Shown one piece after another: positions 52,009 through 60,867 of a DNA stretch of 64,000 nt. The stretch's first letter is position 1. Each line of letters starts with the position of its first letter. The stretch comes from an uncultured Planctomycetota bacterium (GTDB taxonomy: Bacteria > Planctomycetota > Planctomycetia > Pirellulales > Lacipirellulaceae). Under the pieces are notes generated by a model. The model had not been told where the DNA came from. It did not search any database and saw only the letters and a program-made list of their open reading frames with translations. The stretch covers positions 1,376,001 to 1,440,000 of the forward strand of contig CAVRBU010000002.1 of assembly GCA_963719315.1 (NCBI GenBank), read 5' to 3'. The translations under genes were made by a program, and so were the position numbers.

Positions 52009-53432
52009 TCGTCGCAATTTTAGGAAGGTGCGAGATGCGGCCGTTGATTTCGATAAGTCTTTGCGAAATAGTTTTGCTCGCTAGCACATCGTCAGCATTC
52101 GGTGATGCAGCGACGAATGAAGTGAATGGAATTAACCATCCAGGAGGAACTTTCACGGGCGCTGGTATTGGGATTGGACAAGTCGAGGACGATCGACCGG
52201 GCTTAGCCGGCACTGATGCCGCTGGAAACATCCACAGTTCGGTCGTTCCTGCCGCAGTATTCAGGCAAGCTGGCGCAGCAAACACGATGGACGTTGCTGC
52301 ACACGGAGAGCAAGTAGCCGGCATTATGATTTCAACAGACACAACTTTACGTGGTGTCTCTCCTTCCGCTTCACTATACGCCTCTGCTTACGTGACGACA
52401 GGAACCAATCCTGGCTACCAAGATGCGTTAATCTCAATACAACACGTATCGCAGCAAACGAACGTGTGGGCGGTCAACAATAGTTGGCTCAAGCCAAACA
52501 CGGAGCCTACTCTTGATAGCAATTCTCTTATGACATTGGGGATAGATTGGATTGCCAGCCACTACAATAATCTTCAAGTAATGGCAGGGATGGAAACGGG
52601 GCACATTACCCAACCTGTTCCCACCGACAACTACAACGGAATGACAATCGGATATTCGGAACGGGTCGGCGCTGTTTGGCGACAAGTTGGCTCACTCAAC
52701 ATAGTCCAAGACCAACCCAACGGCGGTCGATCATTGATTTCTTTGATTGCGCCCGGTGACGGCTACCCTATGACCGGTCTTGGAACCACGACCGTGACGG
52801 GGCAAATTGGGACAAGTTTTGCCGCACCCCAAGTAACCGGCACCGCAGCATTACTACAGCAGGTTGCCGAGCTTAATATCAACAGCAGTGCCCCGCGATG
52901 GTTCCCTGAAGCTAGAAACCATCAAGTTATTAAGGCCGTGCTGATGAACAGTGCGGACAAGTTGATTGATGATGGGACGGTCATAGTCAACGGGAACGCC
53001 GTACCGCAAGTCGGACTTCTCGGAATGACCCGGACGGTAATCGACCAACAAGGCAACGATTGGTTGTTATCTGAAGCATACGGCGACGGTGTGCAAGATG
53101 GTGGCGGAGCAATACCACTTGATGACCAGATGGGCGCAGGGCACTTGAACGCGACGCGCGCAGTTCAGCAATTCTCGTCAGGTGAATACGACGCCGACAC
53201 TGGCAATGTACCGCTAATAGGATGGGACTTCGGTCACACCACCGGGACGAACTCTACAAACGTCTATCCGATTACAGGGTCATTGGCCGCTGACCATTTC
53301 ATTTCAGTCACCTTAGCATGGGATCGTCACGTTGAATTTTCTAACGACGCAAATAGCAACGACCGATATGACAGCGGTGATACGTTTCAGCCGTCAAAGT
53401 CAACGGACCCTCAATTTGACAGCGATGACTTA

Positions 53433-54399
53433 GAACCCCTAACAAAACCCTTCGGTGAGTATGTTGAAGCAGATGAGAGATTGAGCCAGAGTCACAAAGG
53501 CTTTATGGATATCGGCCCTCCGATCAAATCGCGTTCGCAGCCGCCGGAAATTATTCATCCAACTGAGCGTACGTTCGGAAACCCAACGATAAATTCCTAG
53601 GCCGCTGCCATGTTCCGTATTGCGTTTAGCCAAGTGGGGTTTGATGCCGCGATCGCGGAGTGCTTGTCGGTGCTTTTCGGAGTCGTACGCCCGATCCGCA
53701 TACACCTCTTCCGGACGCTGTTTCGGCCGGCCCGGTTTGCCCGCCACCGGCTCGATTCCGTCAATCAACGGGATCAGTTGGGTCACGTCGTGTCGATTGG
53801 CGGCGGTGAGAATGAATTTGAGCGGGACGCCGTTCGCATCGGTGACCACATGATGTTTACTGCCGGGTTTTCGCCGATCCGTTGGGTTCGGTCCCGTTTT
53901 TTCGCCGCCCCCTACAGCACGAACCGTCGCACTATCGACTGCCGCTCGCGACCAATCGAGTTGATCGGCGCTGCGCAGATTCTCCAACAATGTTTGTTTC
54001 AACGCCTCCCAGACGCCTGCTTCGTGCCACTCCTGTAACCGTCGCCAGCAGGTCATTCCAGATCCACATCCCATTTCCAGGGGAAGATATTCCCAAGGAA
54101 TACCCGTTCGTAAAACAAAAATGATTCCGGTCAAGACTTTGCGATCATCGATCCGCGGTCGGCCTCCTTTGGGGCTCGGTTCGTGTTCAGGGAGTAAAGG
54201 AGACAACATCTCCCACAATTCGTCAGGAACTAATTCTTTAGCCATCGTTGGTCCTCCAGATAGTTGGTTTCACTCCAAAGGAATTCTGGGGACAATCAAC
54301 GCCGTGTCACGACTGCAATTTCAAAAACAAGTTTTACATCTTCCACAACGACTCGAATCAATTACTAGCACTGCTAGTAGACAGTATTGTTAGGGGTTC
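53433..54399 (-). mobile_element. IS5-family element (967 bp)
   Basis: IRs gaacccctaacaa / ttgttaggggttc, flanked by TTA on both sides. Confidence 0.9.
53439..54245 (-). CDS. IS5-family transposase (single ORF)
   Basis: GIIFVLRTGIPWEYLP, GSGMTCWRRL, VDS, ADRAYD, RWVSERTLSW...RRLRTRF. Confidence 0.93.
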   Translation of the reverse strand: MAKELVPDELWEMLSPLLPEHEPSPKGGRPRIDDRKVLTGIIFVLRTGIPWEYLPLEMGCGSGMTCWRRLQEWHEAGVWEALKQTLLENLRSADQLDWSRAAVDSATVRAVGGGEKTGPNPTDRRKPGSKHHVVTDANGVPLKFILTAANRHDVTQLIPLIDGIEPVAGKPGRPKQRPEEVYADRAYDSEKHRQALRDRGIKPHLAKRNTEHGSGLGIYRWVSERTLSWMNNFRRLRTRFDRRADIHKAFVTLAQSLICFNILTEGFC

Positions 54400-54968
54400 T
54401 TAAATCAATAACCTTGCACTTTATTTATTGCCCAAAGGAGCGGCCGTGATTCAAGATGCCGTTGCGGCTTCATTCGCTGGTGGCGGTACGCTTCAACACC
54501 TTTTCTTTCAGATTCCAACGACAGGGGAGTACGAAATTTGGGTTCGACAGACCGAATCGGATGTCGCAGGCGGTGAGGATTACGGCCTCGCATGGTGGGC
54601 GTCCCCAGCTAGTTTGATTTTCGTTCCGGGTGACTACAACGGCGACCAAGTTGTTGACGCGCAAGACTACACTGTTTGGAGAGGCGCTTTCGGCGGGTCC
54701 GTTACTCCCGGAACGGGCGCGGACGGCAACAATAATGGTGTCATCGACGCTGGTGACTACGTTGTTTGGCGCAAGAATCTAACTACCGCCGGCAGCGGCG
54801 CTAGTTTGGCATCCGTGCCAGAGCCGAGCGGCTTATTGCTGTTATTTGCTACCGCAACTGTCCTTTACGGATTCAACATTCGGTGTCGCGCCGTTCGTTG
54901 TCAGCCGCTTCGGTGAGCGGCAGACTTAATGCACTTGGACGCCGCTCTTCAGAAGAATAATGTCATAG

Positions 54969-55041
54969 TCCGCCCGGCAGGACTCGAACCTGCGACGGAG
55001 CGTTTAGGAAACGCTGGCTCTATCCCCTGAGCTACGGGCGG
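54969..55041 (-). tRNA. tRNA-Arg(CCU), intact, carried inside the island
   Basis: CCGCCCG TA GCTC AGGGGATA GAGC C AGCGT TTCCTAA ACGCT CCGTC GCAGG TTCGAGT CCTGC CGGGCGG A. 73 nt, all four stems pair, CCA not encoded. Confidence 0.93.
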
Positions 55042-55070
55042 TGTGAAGGTGTAGATTCCGACAAGATCAT

Positions 55071-55100
55071 TCAGGTGTAATTGGGTGTATTCGGGTGTAT
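55071..55100. repeat. Three tandem 10-mers (arm-type-site-like)
   Basis: tcaggtgtaa ttgggtgtat tcgggtgtat. Same motif at 49994-50003 and 50040-50049. Confidence 0.75.
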
Positions 55101-55186
55101 CGATCGATTCTGCCGGAATTCGCACCTGATCGCAATGGCCTGCAATTGCCGATCGTTTTGGCATCTTGGAAAAACATCGACACAAT

Positions 55187-55227
55187 TTCCTAAACCGTTT
55201 GTCGCAGGTTCGATTCCTGCCGGGGCG
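55187..55227 (+). pseudogene. 3' half of the split tRNA-Arg(CCU) (right junction, attR-like)
   Basis: TTCCTAA ACCGT TTGTC GCAGG TTCGATT CCTGC CGGGGC G, with no D-arm upstream. Confidence 0.88.
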
Positions 55228-55528
55228 CTTACTAGCAGGGAGTATATAGCCAGGAGCAGAGGGCTCGAAAGAATTTGCGTCTCACTCCTCGCTCCTCCCC
55301 CTGCCCCCGCCTCTTCTTTGTGCTAGCATCGAACTCGTCTTGACCCCGCCGAGTGATTTGACTGAATATGCTGTTCGTCAAGTCTGCTAAGTTTTTCGCT
55401 AGAAGCTCACGCTGAGTCGAAGTGATCGCGGCGAAGTGGCAATCGTTTCGCTTCCCCTCCACTGCACCATTGCGTGAGAAATTTCCACATCGTCCTTCAG
55501 GATAGAATGCCCACACACGGAGGCCCCC

Positions 55529-56158
55529 ATGAAACGCGACGTCGATCTTATTCGCCAGATCCTGTTCGATCTCGAACTCCACGGCGCCGAGTGCTCGCTC
55601 GAATCGCTCCGCAACGGCACGACGCACGAAGTCGATGAGCGCACTCGATACCACGTTCGCCTTTGCATCGACGCTGGTCTGGCCAAGGAAATCGATCGCA
55701 CGGCCGCCGGCTCGCCCTGCGTGCGGCTCACGAACGCCGGCCACGAGTTCCTCGATATCTGCCGCGGCGACGACCGATGGCAAGCCGCGAAATGGATGGT
55801 CCATCAGCAGACCGGCGGCCTATCGCTTGCCGTGTTGCGGGCCGTGCTTACCAAATGGGCCGTCCAGGGCATCAGCCGTAGCGAACGCCATCGCCGTTGG
55901 CGCCGCAGCTATCGCCCGCACTACGCGCAAGAATTTTATCCCGGCGAACCCGCTCCAGCGGAAGGGTACCGCGTCGATTCGTATCGCTACGAGCGCGAAC
56001 CTTTCTTTGAAGAAGAGCCGATGCGCCTCGTCCGCCCGCGGCGCGATTACCGTGAGGCCCTCGGCCCGATCGAGCCCTGGGACCACGAGCCACACCACGC
56101 CGATGAGTCGCTCGCCAACGAACCACTCGGCGTATCGCTGCCGATCAACATAATTTAG
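55529..56158 (+). CDS. DUF2513-like winged-helix protein with C-terminal extension
   Basis: MKRDVDLIRQIL...YHVRLCIDAGL...RLTNAGHEFLD...W..AK. RBS ggagg upstream. Confidence 0.78.
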   Translation: MKRDVDLIRQILFDLELHGAECSLESLRNGTTHEVDERTRYHVRLCIDAGLAKEIDRTAAGSPCVRLTNAGHEFLDICRGDDRWQAAKWMVHQQTGGLSLAVLRAVLTKWAVQGISRSERHRRWRRSYRPHYAQEFYPGEPAPAEGYRVDSYRYEREPFFEEEPMRLVRPRRDYREALGPIEPWDHEPHHADESLANEPLGVSLPINII

Positions 56159-56187
56159 CACGATCGCAAAAAATCACTACGCGGGTC

Positions 56188-56248
56188 GGAGCCTGCAGCA
56201 CAAGCAAGGGTTGGAAGTCGCCCAACCCTTGCTCGTGCTGCGGGCTCC
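56188..56248. repeat. 27-bp-arm REP-like palindrome
   Basis: ggagcctgcagcacaagcaagggttgg / ccaacccttgctcgtgctgcgggctcc (25/27 complementary). Confidence 0.8.
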
Positions 56249-56335
56249 AATCATTGCTGAAGTGCGTTCGCCCCCGTTATACTCGATGATGTAAGAACGG
56301 TGGAAGCTTCCTCATCCCCACTCCGCCCTCACGCC

Positions 56336-57322
56336 ATGCCCCGCTACGTCGTTCGCCACGGAGTCATGCGCAACCTCGGCGTTTTCGCGCCGCGTGGCCG
56401 CGACACCTTCGTGCGCGGCGACCAGGTCGTTGCCCGCACCAGCCGCGGCCTCGAATCCGGCGAAGTGCTGTGCGAAGCGACCGATGAAGCCGTGGCCCAG
56501 CTCCAAGACCCCAAACAGGGGCAAATCCTCCGCAAACTTTCAGACGACGACGTCCGCGACCTCCGCAAGATGTTCGAGCAGGAGCGGCGCGAATACGAAA
56601 TCTGCCAGGTGCAAATCCGCGAGCTCAATCTCGACATGCAACTCGTCGACGTCGAGCACCTGTATGGCGGCGAGCGGGTCGTCATTTACTATCTGGCCGA
56701 GGCCCGCATCGATTTTCGCGACCTTGTGAAGAATCTCGCGACGGAGTTCCAAACCCGCATCGAGATGCGGCAGATCGGCGTCCGCGATGAGGCGAAACTG
56801 CTGGCCGATTACGGCGATTGCGGAAAACCTGTCTGCTGCAACACGCACCTCAGCGAGATGCCGCCCGTCTCGATGAAGATGGCCAAGCTACAGCGGGCCA
56901 CGCTCGACCCGACCAAAATCTCCGGCCGCTGCGGCCGGTTGAAATGCTGCCTCCGTTACGAGTACGAAACCTACCAGGATTTGCAGCGCGAGTTGCCGCC
57001 CGTGGGTGCGGATATCATCACGAATAATGGTCGGGCCCGCGTGCTCGCCCAGGAAATCCTTGCCGGTCAGGTGCTGGTGGAAACCGAAGACGGCCGCCGC
57101 GTCGTGATCGATGCCGCCGAAGTCCTTACGGTCCTTCAGCGCGAACGAAGATCGCGCCCCGAACAACAGGCCGCGCCCGAGAGCGACCTGTCGGACGAGC
57201 CACCCAGCGAACTGTTGCCCGCCGACCTCGCAGCACTCGAAGACACCGTTTTTCGCGATGTCCATGCCTCCACCGATGAGCCGATGTCCGATGCCGAAGA
57301 CGCCTCGGACAACAACTCGTAG
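56336..57322 (+). CDS. PSP1/RicT (YaaT)-family protein
   Basis: RIDFRDLVK, TRIEMRQIGVRDEAKLL..GDCGKPVCC, KMAKLQ, KISGRCGRLKCCLRYE. Confidence 0.9.
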   Translation: MPRYVVRHGVMRNLGVFAPRGRDTFVRGDQVVARTSRGLESGEVLCEATDEAVAQLQDPKQGQILRKLSDDDVRDLRKMFEQERREYEICQVQIRELNLDMQLVDVEHLYGGERVVIYYLAEARIDFRDLVKNLATEFQTRIEMRQIGVRDEAKLLADYGDCGKPVCCNTHLSEMPPVSMKMAKLQRATLDPTKISGRCGRLKCCLRYEYETYQDLQRELPPVGADIITNNGRARVLAQEILAGQVLVETEDGRRVVIDAAEVLTVLQRERRSRPEQQAAPESDLSDEPPSELLPADLAALEDTVFRDVHASTDEPMSDAEDASDNNS

Positions 57323-57538
57323 CCGAAGTCGCAAGACTTCAGCCCTTATCGGGCACGGCGGAATTCTTGCGAAATCCGCAACGGCAAAATAATTACTCCG
57401 CAACAGCAGATAATTCCCACCGCAGTCCCGCTGTACGAATCGAGAAATCGGTTTTTCCACTACAATATGTGCTGCGCAGCTTGCATTTTTTTTGGTCCTC
57501 TTGTTGCCTAAATCACCGCCGCCGCCGACAATAGAAGA

Positions 57539-57952
57539 ATGTTAGATCAAGATCATCCCCTGGCGGATCTGTTGCGTCGGGACCGCCGTTATCATCGAGA
57601 CGCTTATTTTTTCGTGTTCGAGGCTCTCCGCTTCTCTCAGGAGCAGCTCGGCATCGGCGGCATGGCCGCAGTGGGGCAGTCGGACCCCGACGAAGAACGC
57701 CACGTCACGGGCCAGCAGCTTTGCGAATCGATACGCCAATACGCCGTGCAGCAATACGGCATGTTGGCCAAGAACGTACTCAACGAATGGGGAGTCCGCA
57801 ACACCGGCGACTTCGGCGAGATCGTGTTCAACCTGATCGAGATCGGTCAGATGAAGAAAACAGATTCCGATCGACGCGAGGATTTTGAGAACGTCTTCGA
57901 TTTCGACGACGGCCTCCAAGACGCCTTCCTGCCGATCACCTCCGATTCGTAA
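57539..57952 (+). CDS. Minf_1886-family conserved protein
   Basis: D.RY..DAYFFVFEAL, RHVTGQQLC, WGV..TGDFGEIVFNLI, D.REDF. Confidence 0.82.
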   Translation: MLDQDHPLADLLRRDRRYHRDAYFFVFEALRFSQEQLGIGGMAAVGQSDPDEERHVTGQQLCESIRQYAVQQYGMLAKNVLNEWGVRNTGDFGEIVFNLIEIGQMKKTDSDRREDFENVFDFDDGLQDAFLPITSDS

Positions 57953-57971
57953 CCATCATCCAGGCAAGACA

Positions 57972-58142
57972 ATGCCTGATCGATCAAAACAGAAACCGTC
58001 CGAGGATGAGTCGTCTGTTTTTTCGGCACCCATGACGATTCCATCGACGGGCTTAAAAGCCAGTCGCTGGCAACTGTTAGCCGCGAGTGCTATGCTCGCC
58101 ATCTGGATCGCGTTCCTCGCCGTGATGGCCCTCTACAGTTAG
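57972..58142 (+). CDS. Small single-TM hypothetical protein
   Basis: 56 aa ending in hydrophobic LLAASAMLAIWIAFLAVMALYS. Fills the gap in an apparent operon. Confidence 0.5.
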   Translation: MPDRSKQKPSEDESSVFSAPMTIPSTGLKASRWQLLAASAMLAIWIAFLAVMALYS

Positions 58143-58164
58143 CGAATTCAACGACAGTAAATTT

Positions 58165-59295
58165 ATGAAATCACAACCTCACATTCGCAGTATTCATTCC
58201 GTTATCGCCGCTTGCGGCTTAGCGCTCGCCGCCCCAACCTACGCCGCCCCCCCCATCGCTCCCGACCACGCCAAAATCGAGCAGGCCGTCAACCGCGCCG
58301 CCAACTTCCTGAAACAAGCTCAAGCCACCGACGGCTCGTTTAGCGCCGCTTCCGGCCCCGGCATCACCGCCATCGTCGCCGCCGGCCTCCTCCGCTCCGG
58401 TCGCACGCCGAACGACCCGGTCGTTTCAAAGGCGCTGAAATTCCTCGAAGGCAACGTGCATGACGACGGCGGCATCTATCAAACCGGCAGCAATCACAAG
58501 AACTATGAAACCTGCCTCGCAATCATCGCCTTCCAGGAAGCCAACCGCGATCGCAGATTCGACAAGCTGCTGGTCGACGCCGAAAAGTTCGTCAAGAAGG
58601 AGCAATGGGACGAAGGCGAAGGAATGGATATCGCCGATCTGAATTACGGCGGCGCGGGCTACGGCTCCTCCAGCCGGCCTGACCTCTCCAACACGACCTT
58701 CCTGATCGACGCACTCCACGCCGTCGGCCGCGGCGACGACGATCCCGCCATTCAAAAAGCGCTAATCTTCGTCTCTCGCTGCCAGAATCTCGAATCGCAA
58801 TACAATACTTCGCTCTTAGCCGCCAAGGTGAACGACGGTGGCTTTTATTACACGGTCGCCGCCGGCGGACAAAGCATGGCCGGCCAAACTCCGGATGGCG
58901 GCCTCCGCAGCTACGGCTCCATGACCTACGCCGGCTTCAAGAGCATGATCTACGCCGGCGTCAAACGCGACGACCCGCGCGTCAAAGCCGCTTACGATTG
59001 GATCCAGAAGCACTACACGCTCGACGAAAACCCCGGCATGGGTCCGCAAGGCCTCTACTACTACTACCACACATTTGCCAAGGCACTCGCCGCGATTGGC
59101 GACGAGCAGATCGTCGATGCCCAGGGCAAGTCGCACGACTGGCGCGCCGAACTTGCGGCGAAATATATCGCCTCGCAAAACGCCGATGGCAGTTGGCTCA
59201 ACAAAACGCCGCGCTGGATGGAAGGCGACCCGAACCTCGTAACGGCCTACGGGCTGCTCTGCCTGTCCTATTGCAAAGCCCCCGCCAAGCAATAG
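58165..59295 (+). CDS. Prenyltransferase/squalene-oxidase-repeat (QW-like) alpha-barrel protein, exported
   Basis: FLKQAQATDGSF, DDGGIY, NDGGFYY, SQNADGSW repeats. N-terminal signal peptide. Confidence 0.82.
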   Translation: MKSQPHIRSIHSVIAACGLALAAPTYAAPPIAPDHAKIEQAVNRAANFLKQAQATDGSFSAASGPGITAIVAAGLLRSGRTPNDPVVSKALKFLEGNVHDDGGIYQTGSNHKNYETCLAIIAFQEANRDRRFDKLLVDAEKFVKKEQWDEGEGMDIADLNYGGAGYGSSSRPDLSNTTFLIDALHAVGRGDDDPAIQKALIFVSRCQNLESQYNTSLLAAKVNDGGFYYTVAAGGQSMAGQTPDGGLRSYGSMTYAGFKSMIYAGVKRDDPRVKAAYDWIQKHYTLDENPGMGPQGLYYYYHTFAKALAAIGDEQIVDAQGKSHDWRAELAAKYIASQNADGSWLNKTPRWMEGDPNLVTAYGLLCLSYCKAPAKQ

Positions 59296-59337
59296 TGGCC
59301 GTTGCTGGATCACATTCTGCCGCCGCCTGAACGCGCG

Positions 59338-60798
59338 TCAATCATTCTCGCCCGCGCTCTTTCGCGCTCTTTTGCGCTGCCGCCGTTCGTTCGGCGCCGC
59401 TTTCTTGTGGGAGTTTTGCGCCAGGTTCTTGGTCGGCATCTTCGCCCCGACTTCCTCGCGCCACGCCAATATCTTGTCGTGCAGCTCTTTCGCTCGGCTG
59501 GGATTTTCGGCCGCCAGGTCATGGGCTTCGCCGACATCGTCCTTCAGATTGTACAATTCCTGCCTTCCGTCCTCGAAAAATTCGACCAGTTTCCAATCGC
59601 CGGCCCGCACCGAGCCGGCTGGCGTCGTCCGCCATTCGCCGGGGCCTGCGCCAAGATACCCGGGAAAATGCCAGTACACCGCGTCCCGATCCAGCGACTT
59701 TTTCATACCCGTCAATAGCGGCACAACACTCATGCCATCCAGCGGATAATTGGCCGGCGTCTGCGCACCCGCTACTTCGACTAGCGACGGGTACAGATCA
59801 ACGCCGAGGATCGGCGTTTCATTGGTCTGGCCCGGCTGAATCTTTCCCTTCCACCGAAATATGAATGGAACGCGCACGCCGCCCTCGTACAGCATTCCTT
59901 TGCCTCCCTTGAGAGGCGCATTATCGGTGATCCCTTCCTTGCTCAACCCGGCCCGCTGGTAGCCGCCGACGCCGCCGTTGTCGCTCGAAAAAATCACGAG
60001 CGTATTGTCGGCCAGCCCCAACTTGTCGAGCGTCGCGACGATCCGGCCCACGCTCTCATCGACGCTCGCGATCATCGCCGCGTACGTCGGATCCTTATGC
60101 CCGCCCACCGGCGGCTTGCCTTTGAATCGATCGATCAACTCCGCCTTGGCCTCGTGCGGCGCATGCACGCCGAAATGCGGTAAATACAAAAAGAACGGCT
60201 GATCCTTGTGCCGATCGATGAAATCGACCGCGTGATCCGTCAGAAAATCGGCCAGGTACTGCCCCTTTGGATATTCCGTTTGAGGATACGTCTTGAAATT
60301 GTAATGTGCGCCGGACGACTCAATCGCTTCGTCAAACCCGCGTTTGCTCGGAAAATGCGCCGGGTCCATTCCAAGATGCCATTTGCCGAACATCCCCGTC
60401 GCGTAGCCGGCCTTCTTCAGCGTGTCGGCGATCGTGATCTTGTCGAGCGGCAACGCCGTCACGTTATCGACCGGCCTTAATGGCCGACTCTGCCAATTGA
60501 AGCGATCGATGGCGCCGACGGTATACACACCGGTGCGCGGGCCATACTGCCCGCTCATCAGCGCCGCCCGCGACGGCTGGCAGTTGGGCCCGCACGAGTA
60601 ACCATTCGTGAATTTCACCCCCTCGGCTGCCAGTCGATCGATGTTCGGCGTCTCGTAATACTTGCTGCCAAAGCACGCCACGTCGGTGTAACCCAAATCG
60701 TCGGCCAGAATGAACACAATATTCGGTTGCCGTGATTCCGCAGCCCAAGCGCCTTCTGCACATACGAACAAGAGCGCGGTTGCAATAACGTAACGCAT
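59338..60798 (-). CDS. Formylglycine-dependent sulfatase
   Basis: PNIVFILADDLG, CQPSRAALMSG (CxPxR), GKWHLG, SDNGG, YEGGVRVP. Confidence 0.95.
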   Translation of the reverse strand: MRYVIATALLFVCAEGAWAAESRQPNIVFILADDLGYTDVACFGSKYYETPNIDRLAAEGVKFTNGYSCGPNCQPSRAALMSGQYGPRTGVYTVGAIDRFNWQSRPLRPVDNVTALPLDKITIADTLKKAGYATGMFGKWHLGMDPAHFPSKRGFDEAIESSGAHYNFKTYPQTEYPKGQYLADFLTDHAVDFIDRHKDQPFFLYLPHFGVHAPHEAKAELIDRFKGKPPVGGHKDPTYAAMIASVDESVGRIVATLDKLGLADNTLVIFSSDNGGVGGYQRAGLSKEGITDNAPLKGGKGMLYEGGVRVPFIFRWKGKIQPGQTNETPILGVDLYPSLVEVAGAQTPANYPLDGMSVVPLLTGMKKSLDRDAVYWHFPGYLGAGPGEWRTTPAGSVRAGDWKLVEFFEDGRQELYNLKDDVGEAHDLAAENPSRAKELHDKILAWREEVGAKMPTKNLAQNSHKKAAPNERRQRKRARKSAGEND

Positions 60799-60867
60799 GA
60801 GAACCCCTATCAAAGATTGAAAAAAATATTGGCGTCGCTGTATAAGACTGGCCGCTAGCGGCTTAGC

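Larger units (their letters stand above)
52035..54916 (+). pseudogene. S8 subtilase with dockerin-like repeats and PEP-CTERM tail, interrupted by IS5
   Basis: IGQVE, HGEQVAG, GTSFAAPQVTG, KAVLMNSA, MGAGHLN. After the IS: GDYNGDQVVDAQDYTVWR, ADGNNNGVIDAGDYVVWR, VPEPS plus TM and basic residues. Confidence 0.85.
49920..55193. mobile_element. Integrase-less tRNA-Arg(CCU) mini-island
   Basis: Direct repeat TTTCCTAA at 49920-49927 and 55186-55193 separates complementary tRNA halves. GGTGTA and TCCGACAAG repeats occur near both ends. Cargo is visibly more AT-rich. Confidence 0.8.

Noticed and set aside
55071..55100. CRISPR array or plasmid iterons
   Set aside because: Units are only 10 bp with no spacers, and there is no cas or rep gene in the window.
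49925..55193. Group I intron in the tRNA-Arg(CCU) anticodon loop (such introns are known in alphaproteobacteria)
   Set aside because: The loop sequence is duplicated at both ends, there is no terminal G before the 3' exon, I see no ordered P/Q/R/S core, and the insert carries protein genes. This fits site-specific integration better.
49920..55195. Invertible switch between the inverted anticodon-loop cores (55002-55011 versus 49920 or 55186)
   Set aside because: Either inversion would join halves with mismatched acceptor and anticodon stems. The two plus-strand halves match each other and the internal tRNA is self-consistent.
58165..59295. Squalene-hopene cyclase
   Set aside because: Only 376 aa, exported, with no DXDD catalytic motif in the expected context. 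Only QW-like repeats are present.
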